Sequence record: PQ818760.1
DNA: 52,452 nt
Reading direction: 5' to 3' (one strand)
From: Escherichia phage EcoM1
The notes under the pieces were generated by a model. It was not told the DNA's origin and did not search any database. It saw only the letters and a list, made by a program, of their open reading frames with translations. The position numbers and the translations under genes were made by a program. Positions within the stretch are counted from its first letter, which is position 1. Every line of letters begins with the position of its first letter. Positions 38,345-46,708 of the stretch are shown in pieces.

Positions 38345-38621
38345 TGAGTTTCTCCCACATGCCTTGGAGTTCCGCATTAAGGATTTTGAGCTGTTCGATT
38401 CGCTCCTTTCCACCCTTTACTAATATGTCTAAGATGGCAGTCTTCTCGTCGTATGTTACCGGATAGCAACAACCATCAACCGAAATTTCGTATCGTAGAT
38501 TTCGAGAATCGTACACATAGTTTGACAAATGCTGGTGGAGTTCTGCCTCTGCACGAGATGTGCGAGATTGCATACGCTCTAACTCTTTCGGTATTTCCTG
38601 ATATTCCATCGGATGCTCCAT
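38331..38621 (-). CDS. hypothetical early protein
   Basis: 96 aa, contains a CC pair and a coiled-coil-like C-terminus. Confidence 0.4.
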   Translation of the reverse strand: MEHPMEYQEIPKELERMQSRTSRAEAELHQHLSNYVYDSRNLRYEISVDGCCYPVTYDEKTAILDILVKGGKERIEQLKILNAELQGMWEKLNAKR

Positions 38622-38629
38622 TGATGAAG

Positions 38630-39046
38630 TTATGCTGGAAGTTCGAAGTGCGGCATATCAATCAGCTTCTTCTTACCTGGTGCAAGTGGCGGATACGGCT
38701 GATTTTCATCAATACGGCTCCAATTCCCACCCCAACGAATGGTAATTCCAAGCTCTTTTGCAGCTTTGAACATATGGTGAGCTAAAACTTTGAATCGTTC
38801 GAGGTCATTCCAGTCAATTGGATATGGTGCAATGTCTAAAGCATTGCCTGACATGTGTCGGCTAACTGAAACTTTGGTTGCACCTTGCTTTAAAAGCTCT
38901 TGTTGACGCTCGTAGGTGCGCAAACCTTCGAGAACAGTTACATCAAACGGCATTGTTTCACATGCACGCTTGAAAACTGCCACCAATGAAGGGTTTACGC
39001 CCTTTAATCGGTCAAGAGAACGTTGGCCCAGCTTAACATTAGACAT
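38630..39046 (-). CDS. endolysin, peptidase M15 family (L-alanyl-D-glutamate peptidase-like)
   Basis: 138 aa with SRHMSGNALDI, DWNDLE and DMPHFE motifs, matching the zinc-binding H..D...H arrangement and the size of T5-type endolysins. Confidence 0.8.
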   Translation of the reverse strand: MSNVKLGQRSLDRLKGVNPSLVAVFKRACETMPFDVTVLEGLRTYERQQELLKQGATKVSVSRHMSGNALDIAPYPIDWNDLERFKVLAHHMFKAAKELGITIRWGGNWSRIDENQPYPPLAPGKKKLIDMPHFELPA

Positions 39047-39308
39047 TTTTCAGCTCCTGGTCCAGAGTTTCTTGCAATGTTACGAGCAAGTTCTCAAGTG
39101 TTTCCACACGCTTTTCCAATTCAGCAAGACGGTCTTCCTGAATCTTAATAAACTGTGCACGATTCATTGAAAACCAGACATTATCTGTAAATAGCTGGAT
39201 TTCTTCGGACGTTGAACCTTGCCCTTTCAGTGTTTCAACACGTTCTGAGTGAGTTGCAAGCTCTCGTTTTGCTGCCTTAAGTTGGTCAGCCAGTTCTTCA
39301 ACTTTCAC
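39039..39308 (-). CDS. coiled-coil protein
   Basis: 89 aa, heptad-rich (LAELEKRVETLENLLVTLQETL). Confidence 0.4.
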   Translation of the reverse strand: MKVEELADQLKAAKRELATHSERVETLKGQGSTSEEIQLFTDNVWFSMNRAQFIKIQEDRLAELEKRVETLENLLVTLQETLDQELKNV

Positions 39309-39531
39309 GGAATGGGTTTCCTGTTGGGTTGATGGTTAATTTAAAAGATACAAGCTCCCGATTGATTTCGGTTGTCCCTTCTACTGTGGCTGTAGTCAGA
39401 ATAGCTGCATCTTTCCCTACTCGCTCCAAGAATTTGACTACTCGGTCGCGAATTACTGACCAGTGACGATATTCGCAACTGGATTCAAGTAAGTACGGTA
39501 CTCCATCAATGGTAAATTCGGATGACGTCAT
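39298..39531 (-). CDS. hypothetical early protein
   Basis: 77 aa minus-strand ORF in the coupled array. Confidence 0.4.
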   Translation of the reverse strand: MTSSEFTIDGVPYLLESSCEYRHWSVIRDRVVKFLERVGKDAAILTTATVEGTTEINRELVSFKLTINPTGNPFRES

Positions 39532-39878
39532 TTAACTTCCTTACAGTAGGTTGATAACAATGGAAATTTGGCATGAAAGAAGTCAATGTCACGATAAATC
39601 TGTAGCACTAGACGTTCCTCAGCGTCAACACCAACTAAAGCCAGCTTACTGCTCTGTGTGTTGTAGAACACTGTGGACATTGGGTTAGGATTTCCGTTAT
39701 CTGGAATCTCAATCCAAGTACCCTCGTGCAAAGATATTGTTGCAATGAGTGGCTGGCTCATTGTGATTGTTTCAACAGACATTTTGTATCCGCCGCACTG
39801 GAAGTTACGAACAGATGCTTCCGATTTGAATGCGAATACCCCGAAAAGAATTGTTAGTGCAATGTATAAAGTTTTCAC
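39528..39878 (-). CDS. putative secreted protein
   Basis: Start taken as GTG (VKTLYIALTILFGVFAFKSEA...) giving a signal-peptide-like N-terminus; track ORF extends to 40025. Confidence 0.3.
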   Translation of the reverse strand: MKTLYIALTILFGVFAFKSEASVRNFQCGGYKMSVETITMSQPLIATISLHEGTWIEIPDNGNPNPMSTVFYNTQSSKLALVGVDAEERLVLQIYRDIDFFHAKFPLLSTYCKEVK

Positions 39879-40066
39879 GGAATTAGTGCCTCTGAATAAT
39901 TTTAGATACAGTATGTAGCTTACCTTTATAAAGAATTGCACACCCAACTGTAATAAATTGTTTATTAAGTGTTGAAATTGGCTCGTCAACACCTTCAAGA
40001 TAAATATCCCACATAAATCCTCCAATAATTAATCGAGGCCACTCGAAGTGGAATGACCTCTGTTAA

Positions 40067-40984
40067 TTACAGCTTCTTGATAAGCTCTGCGGATTTGCTT
40101 GCGGCAGCTTTCATTTCATCGCGTGCGGCTTTAACGATTGTTGCCTTGTCCACGCGAATTGATGCATTGCCAATTGCCATCTTGCCATCTTCTGTTGGAG
40201 GAAGTTGGGTTAAATCAAGCATTTGTTCCAGCTTTTGCAAGAGAATACGTTGTGCTTCAATTGCATTTTGAATGTTTAAAGTTTCCATTACTGCTCTTAC
40301 CTTTCTCGAATAAATTCCAGTTAATGTTAGGCGTACTTGCAAACCTTTTACACCATCGTAGTCAATATTGACTTTATTGTATGGTGAGTTTGGATGCTTA
40401 TACACGTTTGTAACAGTTGCCCAATTACCCTTGTACCAAATAACATCACCAACTTCCACATCAGCACCTTTAACATCCTCTTCATCTGAGAATGGTTTCA
40501 CTGCTTCCTCATATGGAAGGAACACTGGCTTTATTTGAGTATCGAACTTCACCGTAGGAGTTTCCTGTGCTGGTGGCGTATTAACAATGTGGACTATGCG
40601 GTTGGGTGAAAAGTCAAAGTATCCTGTTACATGGGTTAATCGAACCACATTTTCAGGTATTTCCCCAAGGTCTTTAACTTCCTTTATCTCAAAGAATCTG
40701 ATTCCATAAGATAAGATGTTTCCAGGTCGTACTTCATGCGCCAATACTGCACGGGTTGTGGTAGGCTTTGTAAAAGATTCTGTAGTGGGACGTTTTTCCA
40801 ATACTCTGACTATACGGCCCAACTCAAAATTAAAGAATCCGCCAGCGTGTTGTAGCTGAACTACATCACTAAGTCTGTTGATGTGTACAATCGGATACCC
40901 TCTACCATCATGAAATACAACATCGCCAGTTTTGACCAAATTTGCAGGTATTTCAACAACATTAATTGCCATGATATTCCTCAC
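40067..40984 (-). CDS. repeat-domain protein
   Basis: 305 aa with three internally similar ~65-aa segments (each beginning V.xGD(V/I)...) and a C-terminal coiled coil; no family recognised. Confidence 0.45.
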   Translation of the reverse strand: MRNIMAINVVEIPANLVKTGDVVFHDGRGYPIVHINRLSDVVQLQHAGGFFNFELGRIVRVLEKRPTTESFTKPTTTRAVLAHEVRPGNILSYGIRFFEIKEVKDLGEIPENVVRLTHVTGYFDFSPNRIVHIVNTPPAQETPTVKFDTQIKPVFLPYEEAVKPFSDEEDVKGADVEVGDVIWYKGNWATVTNVYKHPNSPYNKVNIDYDGVKGLQVRLTLTGIYSRKVRAVMETLNIQNAIEAQRILLQKLEQMLDLTQLPPTEDGKMAIGNASIRVDKATIVKAARDEMKAAASKSAELIKKL

Positions 40985-41094
40985 GCATTGCTGAACAGTG
41001 CTTACACACCCAAAAGGTTACATAATCGTTTGTATGAGAAATCTCCCAATTATGTAGCCCTATAAAACATAAAATTTTCATAGGGCATCTCCAA

Positions 41095-41466
41095 TTAGAA
41101 CGGAATGTCGTCGTCGAAGTCTTTCGGCTCATTCGGGTTATAATTGCTCCGCTGTTGTTGAGCAGGAGCTTGCTGTTGTGCAGAAGGTTGCTGGCGTTGC
41201 TGTTGCTGTTGGGCGGCAGCTTGAGGTTGAGCTTTGGCTTTAGCTTTCTCTTCACGCTTACGCATCATTTCATCGACCTGTTCTTGGGTCATGATGGTTA
41301 ATGCAAGTGAGGTAAATTCATTACCATTTGCTTGCTTGTTCCAGCCAGATACCCAATACCAGATTCCGTCAACGTTAATACGTCCACGAATGTCAGGATG
41401 TTTTGGGTCTTTCTTGAAGCCGTTAGGACCGATAATGCCAGTGTTTACATCTGAATATTGTGCCAT
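41095..41466 (-). CDS. protein with host-SSB-like C-terminal tail
   Basis: 123 aa: about 70-aa N-terminal region, Gln/Ala-rich linker, terminal NEPKDFDDDIPF matching the acidic tip of bacterial SSB; preceded by a promoter-like element. Confidence 0.55.
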   Translation of the reverse strand: MAQYSDVNTGIIGPNGFKKDPKHPDIRGRINVDGIWYWVSGWNKQANGNEFTSLALTIMTQEQVDEMMRKREEKAKAKAQPQAAAQQQQQRQQPSAQQQAPAQQQRSNYNPNEPKDFDDDIPF

Positions 41467-41539
41467 GATTAAGATTCTCTTAAGTTAATTACAGTTTAAG
41501 TTTCAGCGACATTGCTAACCACGGAATAGCTTTGTCTCT

Positions 41540-41557
41540 CACATCCAACTAATGTTA
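41540..41557 (-). promoter_or_regulatory. phage promoter-like element
   Basis: + strand cacatccaactaatgtta, 74 nt upstream of the ATG at 41466. Confidence 0.4.
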
Positions 41558-41595
41558 GATTAATCAGGAACACTCAATGAATGCTCCTTGTTAAT

Positions 41596-41796
41596 TTAAC
41601 AGGATTTACAATCGTTTATAAACTTTCTACGCAATTTGCGTACTTGCTTTTTGGTTGGCTTCGCTGGAAAGAATTTGCATTCAACGTTGTGCCAAAATGG
41701 GTTGTCATCCACTTCAACAAACCACAAAGTCCATCCAGCAGGAACTCCAGTAGGACTGTAACTTTTGTGGCTATACAAATGTGTATCTACAATCAT
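41596..41796 (-). CDS. hypothetical early protein
   Basis: 66 aa, Cys-containing C-terminus. Confidence 0.35.
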   Translation of the reverse strand: MIVDTHLYSHKSYSPTGVPAGWTLWFVEVDDNPFWHNVECKFFPAKPTKKQVRKLRRKFINDCKSC

Positions 41797-42050
41797 TATC
41801 TAACTCCACTAAGTGCTTTATCGAAGTACCACATATCTTTGGTAACCCACTCGCCGCTTGGTGATTTAAGATAGCAAGTGCCATTGATTGTATAGGTGAA
41901 CTCTGTTTGCTGTAGTTCTGCAAAAGTCTTGCACTCGTATTTGTAGACAAAGTATGTAGGCAATACGACCACAACTGCAAGCGCAACAGTGCAGACAACA
42001 ATAGGAAGAACCAATCCTGCAAATATTTCCTTAATATCTTCCTTCATCAC
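41796..42050 (-). CDS. small membrane protein
   Basis: 84 aa with one hydrophobic helix (LVLPIVVCTVALAVVVVLP). Confidence 0.4.
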   Translation of the reverse strand: MMKEDIKEIFAGLVLPIVVCTVALAVVVVLPTYFVYKYECKTFAELQQTEFTYTINGTCYLKSPSGEWVTKDMWYFDKALSGVR

Positions 42051-42334
42051 ATAACCTTTGAAATTGGAATTGGGTCCATATTTGATTCAGGCTTATACCA
42101 ACTAACTTCACCAGAATCTTTCACAAGTTCCCAATTATCGGAGAATGTACGATAACATAAATTGCGGTTATCGTCATTAACGACAAAACCCAAAGGAGAT
42201 TGAATATACGCACCGAGTGTACCGTTGTTGCGAGGAACCCCGTCACCACGACCTGCGACGATTTTGTATTTCTTACCGTTGGTAAAGTTGTAGTTTGTTT
42301 TACCAACATAACGTAAGACTGAATTCTTGTTCAT
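42047..42334 (-). CDS. hypothetical early protein
   Basis: 95 aa coupled ORF. Confidence 0.4.
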   Translation of the reverse strand: MNKNSVLRYVGKTNYNFTNGKKYKIVAGRGDGVPRNNGTLGAYIQSPLGFVVNDDNRNLCYRTFSDNWELVKDSGEVSWYKPESNMDPIPISKVM

Positions 42335-42564
42335 TGCTTTAGTTTCTCCAAAGCGGATAATACGGAATCTCCAGAACCACTAATCACAAGCGTTTCTCCT
42401 GGAAGATTGTAGGATATGTAAGAGAACGTCCATTTTACAATAGTTCTTTGATACGATGAGCTGTATTTATCAGACAGCTCTATATCTTGCCTTGCATCGT
42501 TTAGTAAGAACTCCTGCCCATTGATGGTCAGTTGCTTAAACATTTCGATATAATTCTTACCCAC
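42331..42564 (-). CDS. hypothetical early protein
   Basis: 77 aa coupled ORF. Confidence 0.4.
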   Translation of the reverse strand: MGKNYIEMFKQLTINGQEFLLNDARQDIELSDKYSSSYQRTIVKWTFSYISYNLPGETLVISGSGDSVLSALEKLKQ

Positions 42565-42847
42565 GCTTCACCTTCTCCCATTTGGATAAACCACCTTCAA
42601 GATTGAAGATGCGATTGCAACCAGATTCATCTTTGATGACAAACTGAGTTCCGGTTAACTGGATTGGCTCAAGAGCACCAAATATTACCTTAGGACTAGA
42701 TAAGCTGGTGGCAAGAACTTTATATGCTTTGCTTGGGCAAATATCAAAAGCAAAGTCACGAGTGTAAACTAAGTCACCAACTTTCAAATATGCTGGTAAC
42801 AAGCGACCTGTGGCTGGGTCACGTTGTAAACGGGTACGCTGTTTCAT
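42557..42847 (-). CDS. hypothetical early protein
   Basis: 96 aa coupled ORF. Confidence 0.4.
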   Translation of the reverse strand: MKQRTRLQRDPATGRLLPAYLKVGDLVYTRDFAFDICPSKAYKVLATSLSSPKVIFGALEPIQLTGTQFVIKDESGCNRIFNLEGGLSKWEKVKRG

Positions 42848-42910
42848 AAATGCTCCAAGTTAATTAATAATATTCAGCAACCACTCTCATTACAAAAGTG
42901 GTTGAGGAAA

Positions 42911-43141
42911 TTATTTAATTTCTTTCCAGGACCAGATTCCGCCCTCCAAAGGAACACTTTCTCCCTTGTCAAAGTACGGATTTCCATTGGCGTCTTTACG
43001 GTCACTGTCTTTTGAAATATCTATGCGAGGCTCGATTTTATAACCTCGCTTAACGTGCATAATTCTTCCCTCAATCACGTCACCAACTTTTGGAGAGTGT
43101 TCAGATGAAGAGGTTGATTTCACACATTTAAACTTTGTCAT
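42911..43141 (-). CDS. hypothetical early protein (paralog of the next gene)
   Basis: 76 aa beginning MTKFKCVKST, similar in opening and length to the upstream gene. Confidence 0.4.
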   Translation of the reverse strand: MTKFKCVKSTSSSEHSPKVGDVIEGRIMHVKRGYKIEPRIDISKDSDRKDANGNPYFDKGESVPLEGGIWSWKEIK

Positions 43142-43365
43142 TGTAGTAAACCTTGTTCACAAATATCTGCAAATTCTGCTTCATGGTCACGCTGCCATGT
43201 CCAGAATGCACCATTCATAGGAACGACAGCACCTTTACGAAATGCTGGAGAAACATCTTCAGCCGATTTGGTCACTTTAAATTCCAAAGGTGAGATAGCT
43301 TCACCTTCAACGATGAAGCCAACTGGAACATAGTCTTTGGTTGAAGCAACACATTTAAATTTCAT
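43138..43365 (-). CDS. hypothetical early protein (paralog)
   Basis: Start taken at MKFKCVASTK just past the upstream stop; track ORF extends to 43434. Confidence 0.4.
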   Translation of the reverse strand: MKFKCVASTKDYVPVGFIVEGEAISPLEFKVTKSAEDVSPAFRKGAVVPMNGAFWTWQRDHEAEFADICEQGLLQ

Positions 43366-43367
43366 GA

Positions 43368-43550
43368 TTATCCTTTTGGCGGGATATTCCCACTGTTGTC
43401 TATAAGTTTTCCACGATAAATGTTTAAACCACAATCTACACAGAATGCACTGTCCAGAACTACGGGACCATACATTCCCACTGCTTCGTGTGTTACATGG
43501 TCTACATTATTGCTGCCACACTTTGGGCAAACAACATCATCCTCATTCAT
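43368..43550 (-). CDS. zinc-ribbon protein
   Basis: 60 aa with CPKC...CVDC. Confidence 0.4.
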   Translation of the reverse strand: MNEDDVVCPKCGSNNVDHVTHEAVGMYGPVVLDSAFCVDCGLNIYRGKLIDNSGNIPPKG

Positions 43551-43803
43551 GGTACAGAACTCCTAATTCAGATTTGAGGTTAAATTCACGAAAGAAATCC
43601 ATTGTTACAAAACGGATTTTACCTTCGTCATCAACTACGTTACAGGAGATTTCGGAGTGGACCATACGGCCCAACTTCAAAGCAACTTCTGACAGGTTTG
43701 CTTCACCAGTGCCAGAAATCACTTCATAAATTTTATATGGTGTAAAGCCGCTTAAAGAGTTATTACGGCTTGGGACAATCATCATGCCTGTTCTAGTAGC
43801 CAT
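43543..43803 (-). CDS. hypothetical early protein
   Basis: 86 aa coupled ORF. Confidence 0.4.
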   Translation of the reverse strand: MATRTGMMIVPSRNNSLSGFTPYKIYEVISGTGEANLSEVALKLGRMVHSEISCNVVDDEGKIRFVTMDFFREFNLKSELGVLYHE

Positions 43804-43821
43804 AATAACTCCTAAGTTTAA

Positions 43822-44130
43822 TTAATTGGTTGATACTGCTACTGGTGTTAGCTCTTCAATTTGTCGAAGTGCATCAGCCAATTGTTCCTGGAGCTTGTTC
43901 TTTTGCTCCATCAGTTCATCGTAAGCACTTTGCTCTGCTGTACGAAGTTCACGAAGAGTGTCAATTGTCTCATTGGCTTGAGACAACTGCTCTTCAACGA
44001 GGTTGATGTGGTCCATTACAAAGGCCAACAAACTTACATCAACACGCATGTACGCAATTACATCCTGATTTTTCGGAATAGAATTCTTAGCAACATTTGC
44101 AATATTTGAGAATTCGAGTAAAGAAGCCAT
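43822..44130 (-). CDS. coiled-coil early protein
   Basis: 102 aa, C-terminal heptad-rich region. Confidence 0.4.
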   Translation of the reverse strand: MASLLEFSNIANVAKNSIPKNQDVIAYMRVDVSLLAFVMDHINLVEEQLSQANETIDTLRELRTAEQSAYDELMEQKNKLQEQLADALRQIEELTPVAVSTN

Positions 44131-44225
44131 TTAATTACCTTAGTTTAAGTACATGAAGCTGCCCACAACGAGCAGCGCCAGAGGGAACATTACGATACAG
44201 AATACTAATTTCTTAACAATTGACA

Positions 44226-44399
44226 TTATTTCACCAGGAAGTAGAGAACAATAGCAACACCAACACATGCAATGATTGTTGGCATATAATTATCAATTTT
44301 ACGATATCTACGTTCGACTGGCTTCTTGCCTTTAATGGCATCCATCAGTTCTTGATGATTAATCTGCTGCATGAATGTGTTGAATTGCTGGTCGTTCAT
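44226..44399 (-). CDS. small membrane protein (57 aa)
   Basis: Found by hand: AGGAG 6 nt upstream of ATG at 44399, C-terminal hydrophobic helix (IIACVGVAIVLYFLV); a further ~28-aa hydrophobic ORF may follow it. Confidence 0.3.
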   Translation of the reverse strand: MNDQQFNTFMQQINHQELMDAIKGKKPVERRYRKIDNYMPTIIACVGVAIVLYFLVK

Positions 44400-44408
44400 T
44401 TTATACTC

Positions 44409-44654
44409 CTACTGAACACTTGTCATGAAATTGGTTGTAATTTCTTTAACGACTTTATCTGTGAGAACATCATCAAGAAATTGCTTATTGGTCAGCTCAA
44501 TGCCGAACTCTTCTTTAACAATGGTGACTAGCTCATCTGTTGCAATATCCCACCAACCACCGTAGTTAACAACAAGACGCTCCTGAATGAATTCGACCTT
44601 TTCTTCATAAGAGGCCAACTCGATTAAATCTGCTTTTAACTTAAACTGGCTCAC
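44409..44654 (-). CDS. hypothetical early protein
   Basis: 81 aa acidic protein, ATGA-coupled. Confidence 0.4.
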   Translation of the reverse strand: MSQFKLKADLIELASYEEKVEFIQERLVVNYGGWWDIATDELVTIVKEEFGIELTNKQFLDDVLTDKVVKEITTNFMTSVQ

Positions 44655-44839
44655 TTGGCCTCCAGAATTTGGCTTAATGAACTGAACACGATTTCTTCAT
44701 GTTCGTCAGGTGTACATGCGTTGATGTATTCAAAGTCATACCCAACAAACTTCTCCGCCCACTGTTGCAAACGAAGTAAAGAATTGAAGTACAAACGTTG
44801 CTCTACACCATTTAACTTAAAGTAGACGATGAAGTCCAT
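44651..44839 (-). CDS. hypothetical early protein
   Basis: 62 aa coupled ORF. Confidence 0.4.
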   Translation of the reverse strand: MDFIVYFKLNGVEQRLYFNSLLRLQQWAEKFVGYDFEYINACTPDEHEEIVFSSLSQILEAK

Positions 44840-44841
44840 GA

Positions 44842-45078
44842 TTAACCTCGTGCTTTAATGAATTGAGGGTGAACAGCCATTGCCACAATTTTGTTGTGCT
44901 TGTCATTTTGAATTGCAAGCCAAACATATTCAGGGTGTGCAGCAGGTTTCCAGACCAGACGCCCTCTTTCTCCACAAATCACCGTGTCAGCCAACATTAC
45001 TGCCTTAGTTACGGTATTAACCAAAGCATGTGAAACAGCACCGTCACGATTGATGTACTGATACAGTGCATAATTCAT
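44842..45078 (-). CDS. hypothetical early protein
   Basis: 78 aa; preceded by GGAG and a C9/G9 tract. Confidence 0.4.
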   Translation of the reverse strand: MNYALYQYINRDGAVSHALVNTVTKAVMLADTVICGERGRLVWKPAAHPEYVWLAIQNDKHNKIVAMAVHPQFIKARG

Positions 45079-45119
45079 TTCTGCTCTCCAAATTTGGAGG
45101 GTTTACTCCCCCCCCCGCA

Positions 45120-45338
45120 TTAAACTTCAATTGGCTCTTGAACTAAATCAGAGGCTGAGATTTCTTTAAACTCCTCCTCGGTAAAAGTTCTCTCATTGTC
45201 ATTTAATAAAACACCAATGTTAGAATCACCAACGAATACTGCATTTACATTAACATCATCTTCCAAAACTTTTTGCAGGTGTTCTCCACCACGCGTAAAG
45301 AAGATTGCACCATCTTCCAAATCTTTAAAACGAGTCAT
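45120..45338 (-). CDS. hypothetical early protein (first gene of the early array)
   Basis: 72 aa acidic protein; AGGAG 8 nt upstream of the ATG; preceded by a long inverted repeat. Confidence 0.4.
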   Translation of the reverse strand: MTRFKDLEDGAIFFTRGGEHLQKVLEDDVNVNAVFVGDSNIGVLLNDNERTFTEEEFKEISASDLVQEPIEV

Positions 45339-45360
45339 TTTATTCTCCTAAGTTAAAAGA

Positions 45361-45424
45361 ACTCCCTACAGAACGATTGTGGAGGTCTTGTCTTACCTCA
45401 ATCCACCTTAAAGTTGTAGGGAGT
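45361..45424 (-). promoter_or_regulatory. structured leader (10-bp inverted repeat with nested stem)
   Basis: ACTCCCTACA (45361-45370) pairs with TGTAGGGAGT (45415-45424); nested GAGGT/ACCTC stem inside; 23 nt upstream of the first early gene. Confidence 0.35.
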
Positions 45425-45531
45425 ATGTGACACAGCAAGTGCCGAAAAACTACAATGATTAGCTTGGAGACATAATCTCTCTAAAATCTGTCACACAATT
45501 TCAGCAGAATTTACAGAGATTTGGTCTTATT

Positions 45532-45548
45532 CACATGCAACTAATGAT
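45532..45548 (-). promoter_or_regulatory. phage promoter-like element (GCATGTG variant)
   Basis: + strand cacatgcaactaatgat; same as the recurrent element with c-to-g at one position. Confidence 0.3.
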
Positions 45549-46446
45549 AAATGGACATGCTTAATTGCAACTAACTCATCTGCCAAATAGACGAATTTTG
45601 TCACAATTAAACATGCATCATTAATTACAGGTTTGCTCCTATCTTGGAATGTATTTGGCACATCAAGAAGTGGCGCAATAGGTACGGAAAACCGACCATT
45701 TACAGCATAATAAAACTAATTAAATAAAGGGTTTTACCCCAATATTGTCACAATATTTACATGCGATGATAAAGCCTTCGCTTGGCTGGAAGCCAGTATT
45801 CATGCGGGTTGCAAGAATATTGGGTCAATACTGATACAGCTATTACATGCGAAATTGGCACAAATGTTGTTACAAAATTAACATGCCAGATTGGTAGACG
45901 ATTGTATCTTCGAGGTGATTAGTCCTCTAACAATTCTGCCACATTCCAACATGCCAATTTGTAGCAATATTTACATGCCATACTGCGACAATATTGTCAC
46001 AATATTTGTTGCTCAAAATCGGGGCGGGCTACGGGATTAGTTTCGATGCTTTGTCCGACTTCTTCTCTTCTTTCGAATTCTGATTGAAAGAAAGAAGCAT
46101 GTCCAAAAGTTCCAATATTACCAAAGTTATCTCCCGGCTTGTGGGTGGGCCTTTATAATAGGAGATGGAGCAATATTGAAACAAGTGGACATGCTGATTT
46201 GCTGACTTTCTTGTAACTTAATCAAGATGGCTAACACGATGTTCTGTTGTTAGTTCAGCACCGGAAGTAACAGTTTCGAATGATAATCCTACTTCACACA
46301 TGGTTGCTGGAACTTTGTCCGGCCAAAGACAGGGAGTTCAATGATTGCCACATCATTACAACACTGTATGTTTAGTTGACATGCTGAAATGTTTCTAGAA
46401 TGATTTCAACATGACATGCGGAATACTTCTCCGTATTCTGTTACTT

Positions 46447-46464
46447 CACATCCAACTAATGTCG
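46447..46464 (-). promoter_or_regulatory. phage promoter-like element
   Basis: + strand cacatccaactaatgtcg; coordinates anchored on the plus ORF starting at 46411. Confidence 0.35.
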
Positions 46465-46512
46465 AATATCGAGACAATATTACATGCAGCAATATTGTCT
46501 GAATATTGGGAA

Positions 46513-46680
46513 TCAGTTGAGCGTAGGCTTAACAACTTCATACTGCTTATCACCATCAGTGATTTCACAGTCTACATAGATATTCTCTTCACGAGCTGCA
46601 AACTTACGTGCTTCCTCTAAAGTCTCAAACTTCTCACAAACTGTTTTGCCGTAGTATGTAACGAGGTTAACTGCAAACAT
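46513..46680 (-). CDS. small protein (55 aa)
   Basis: Found by hand: GGAG 7 nt upstream of ATG at 46680, TGA at 46513-46515; a variant promoter-like element ends 29 nt upstream. Confidence 0.3.
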   Translation of the reverse strand: MFAVNLVTYYGKTVCEKFETLEEARKFAAREENIYVDCEITDGDKQYEVVKPTLN

Positions 46681-46708
46681 ATTATGCTCCAAATTGGTTT
46701 ATTAGATT

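Larger units (their letters stand above)
45520..46500 (-). repeat. non-coding block with multiple same-orientation ACATGC-core repeats
   Basis: About 1 kb without credible ORFs between the polymerase gene and the early array; at least 12 plus-orientation copies of (t/a)(t/a)ACATGC. Boundaries approximate. Confidence 0.5.
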
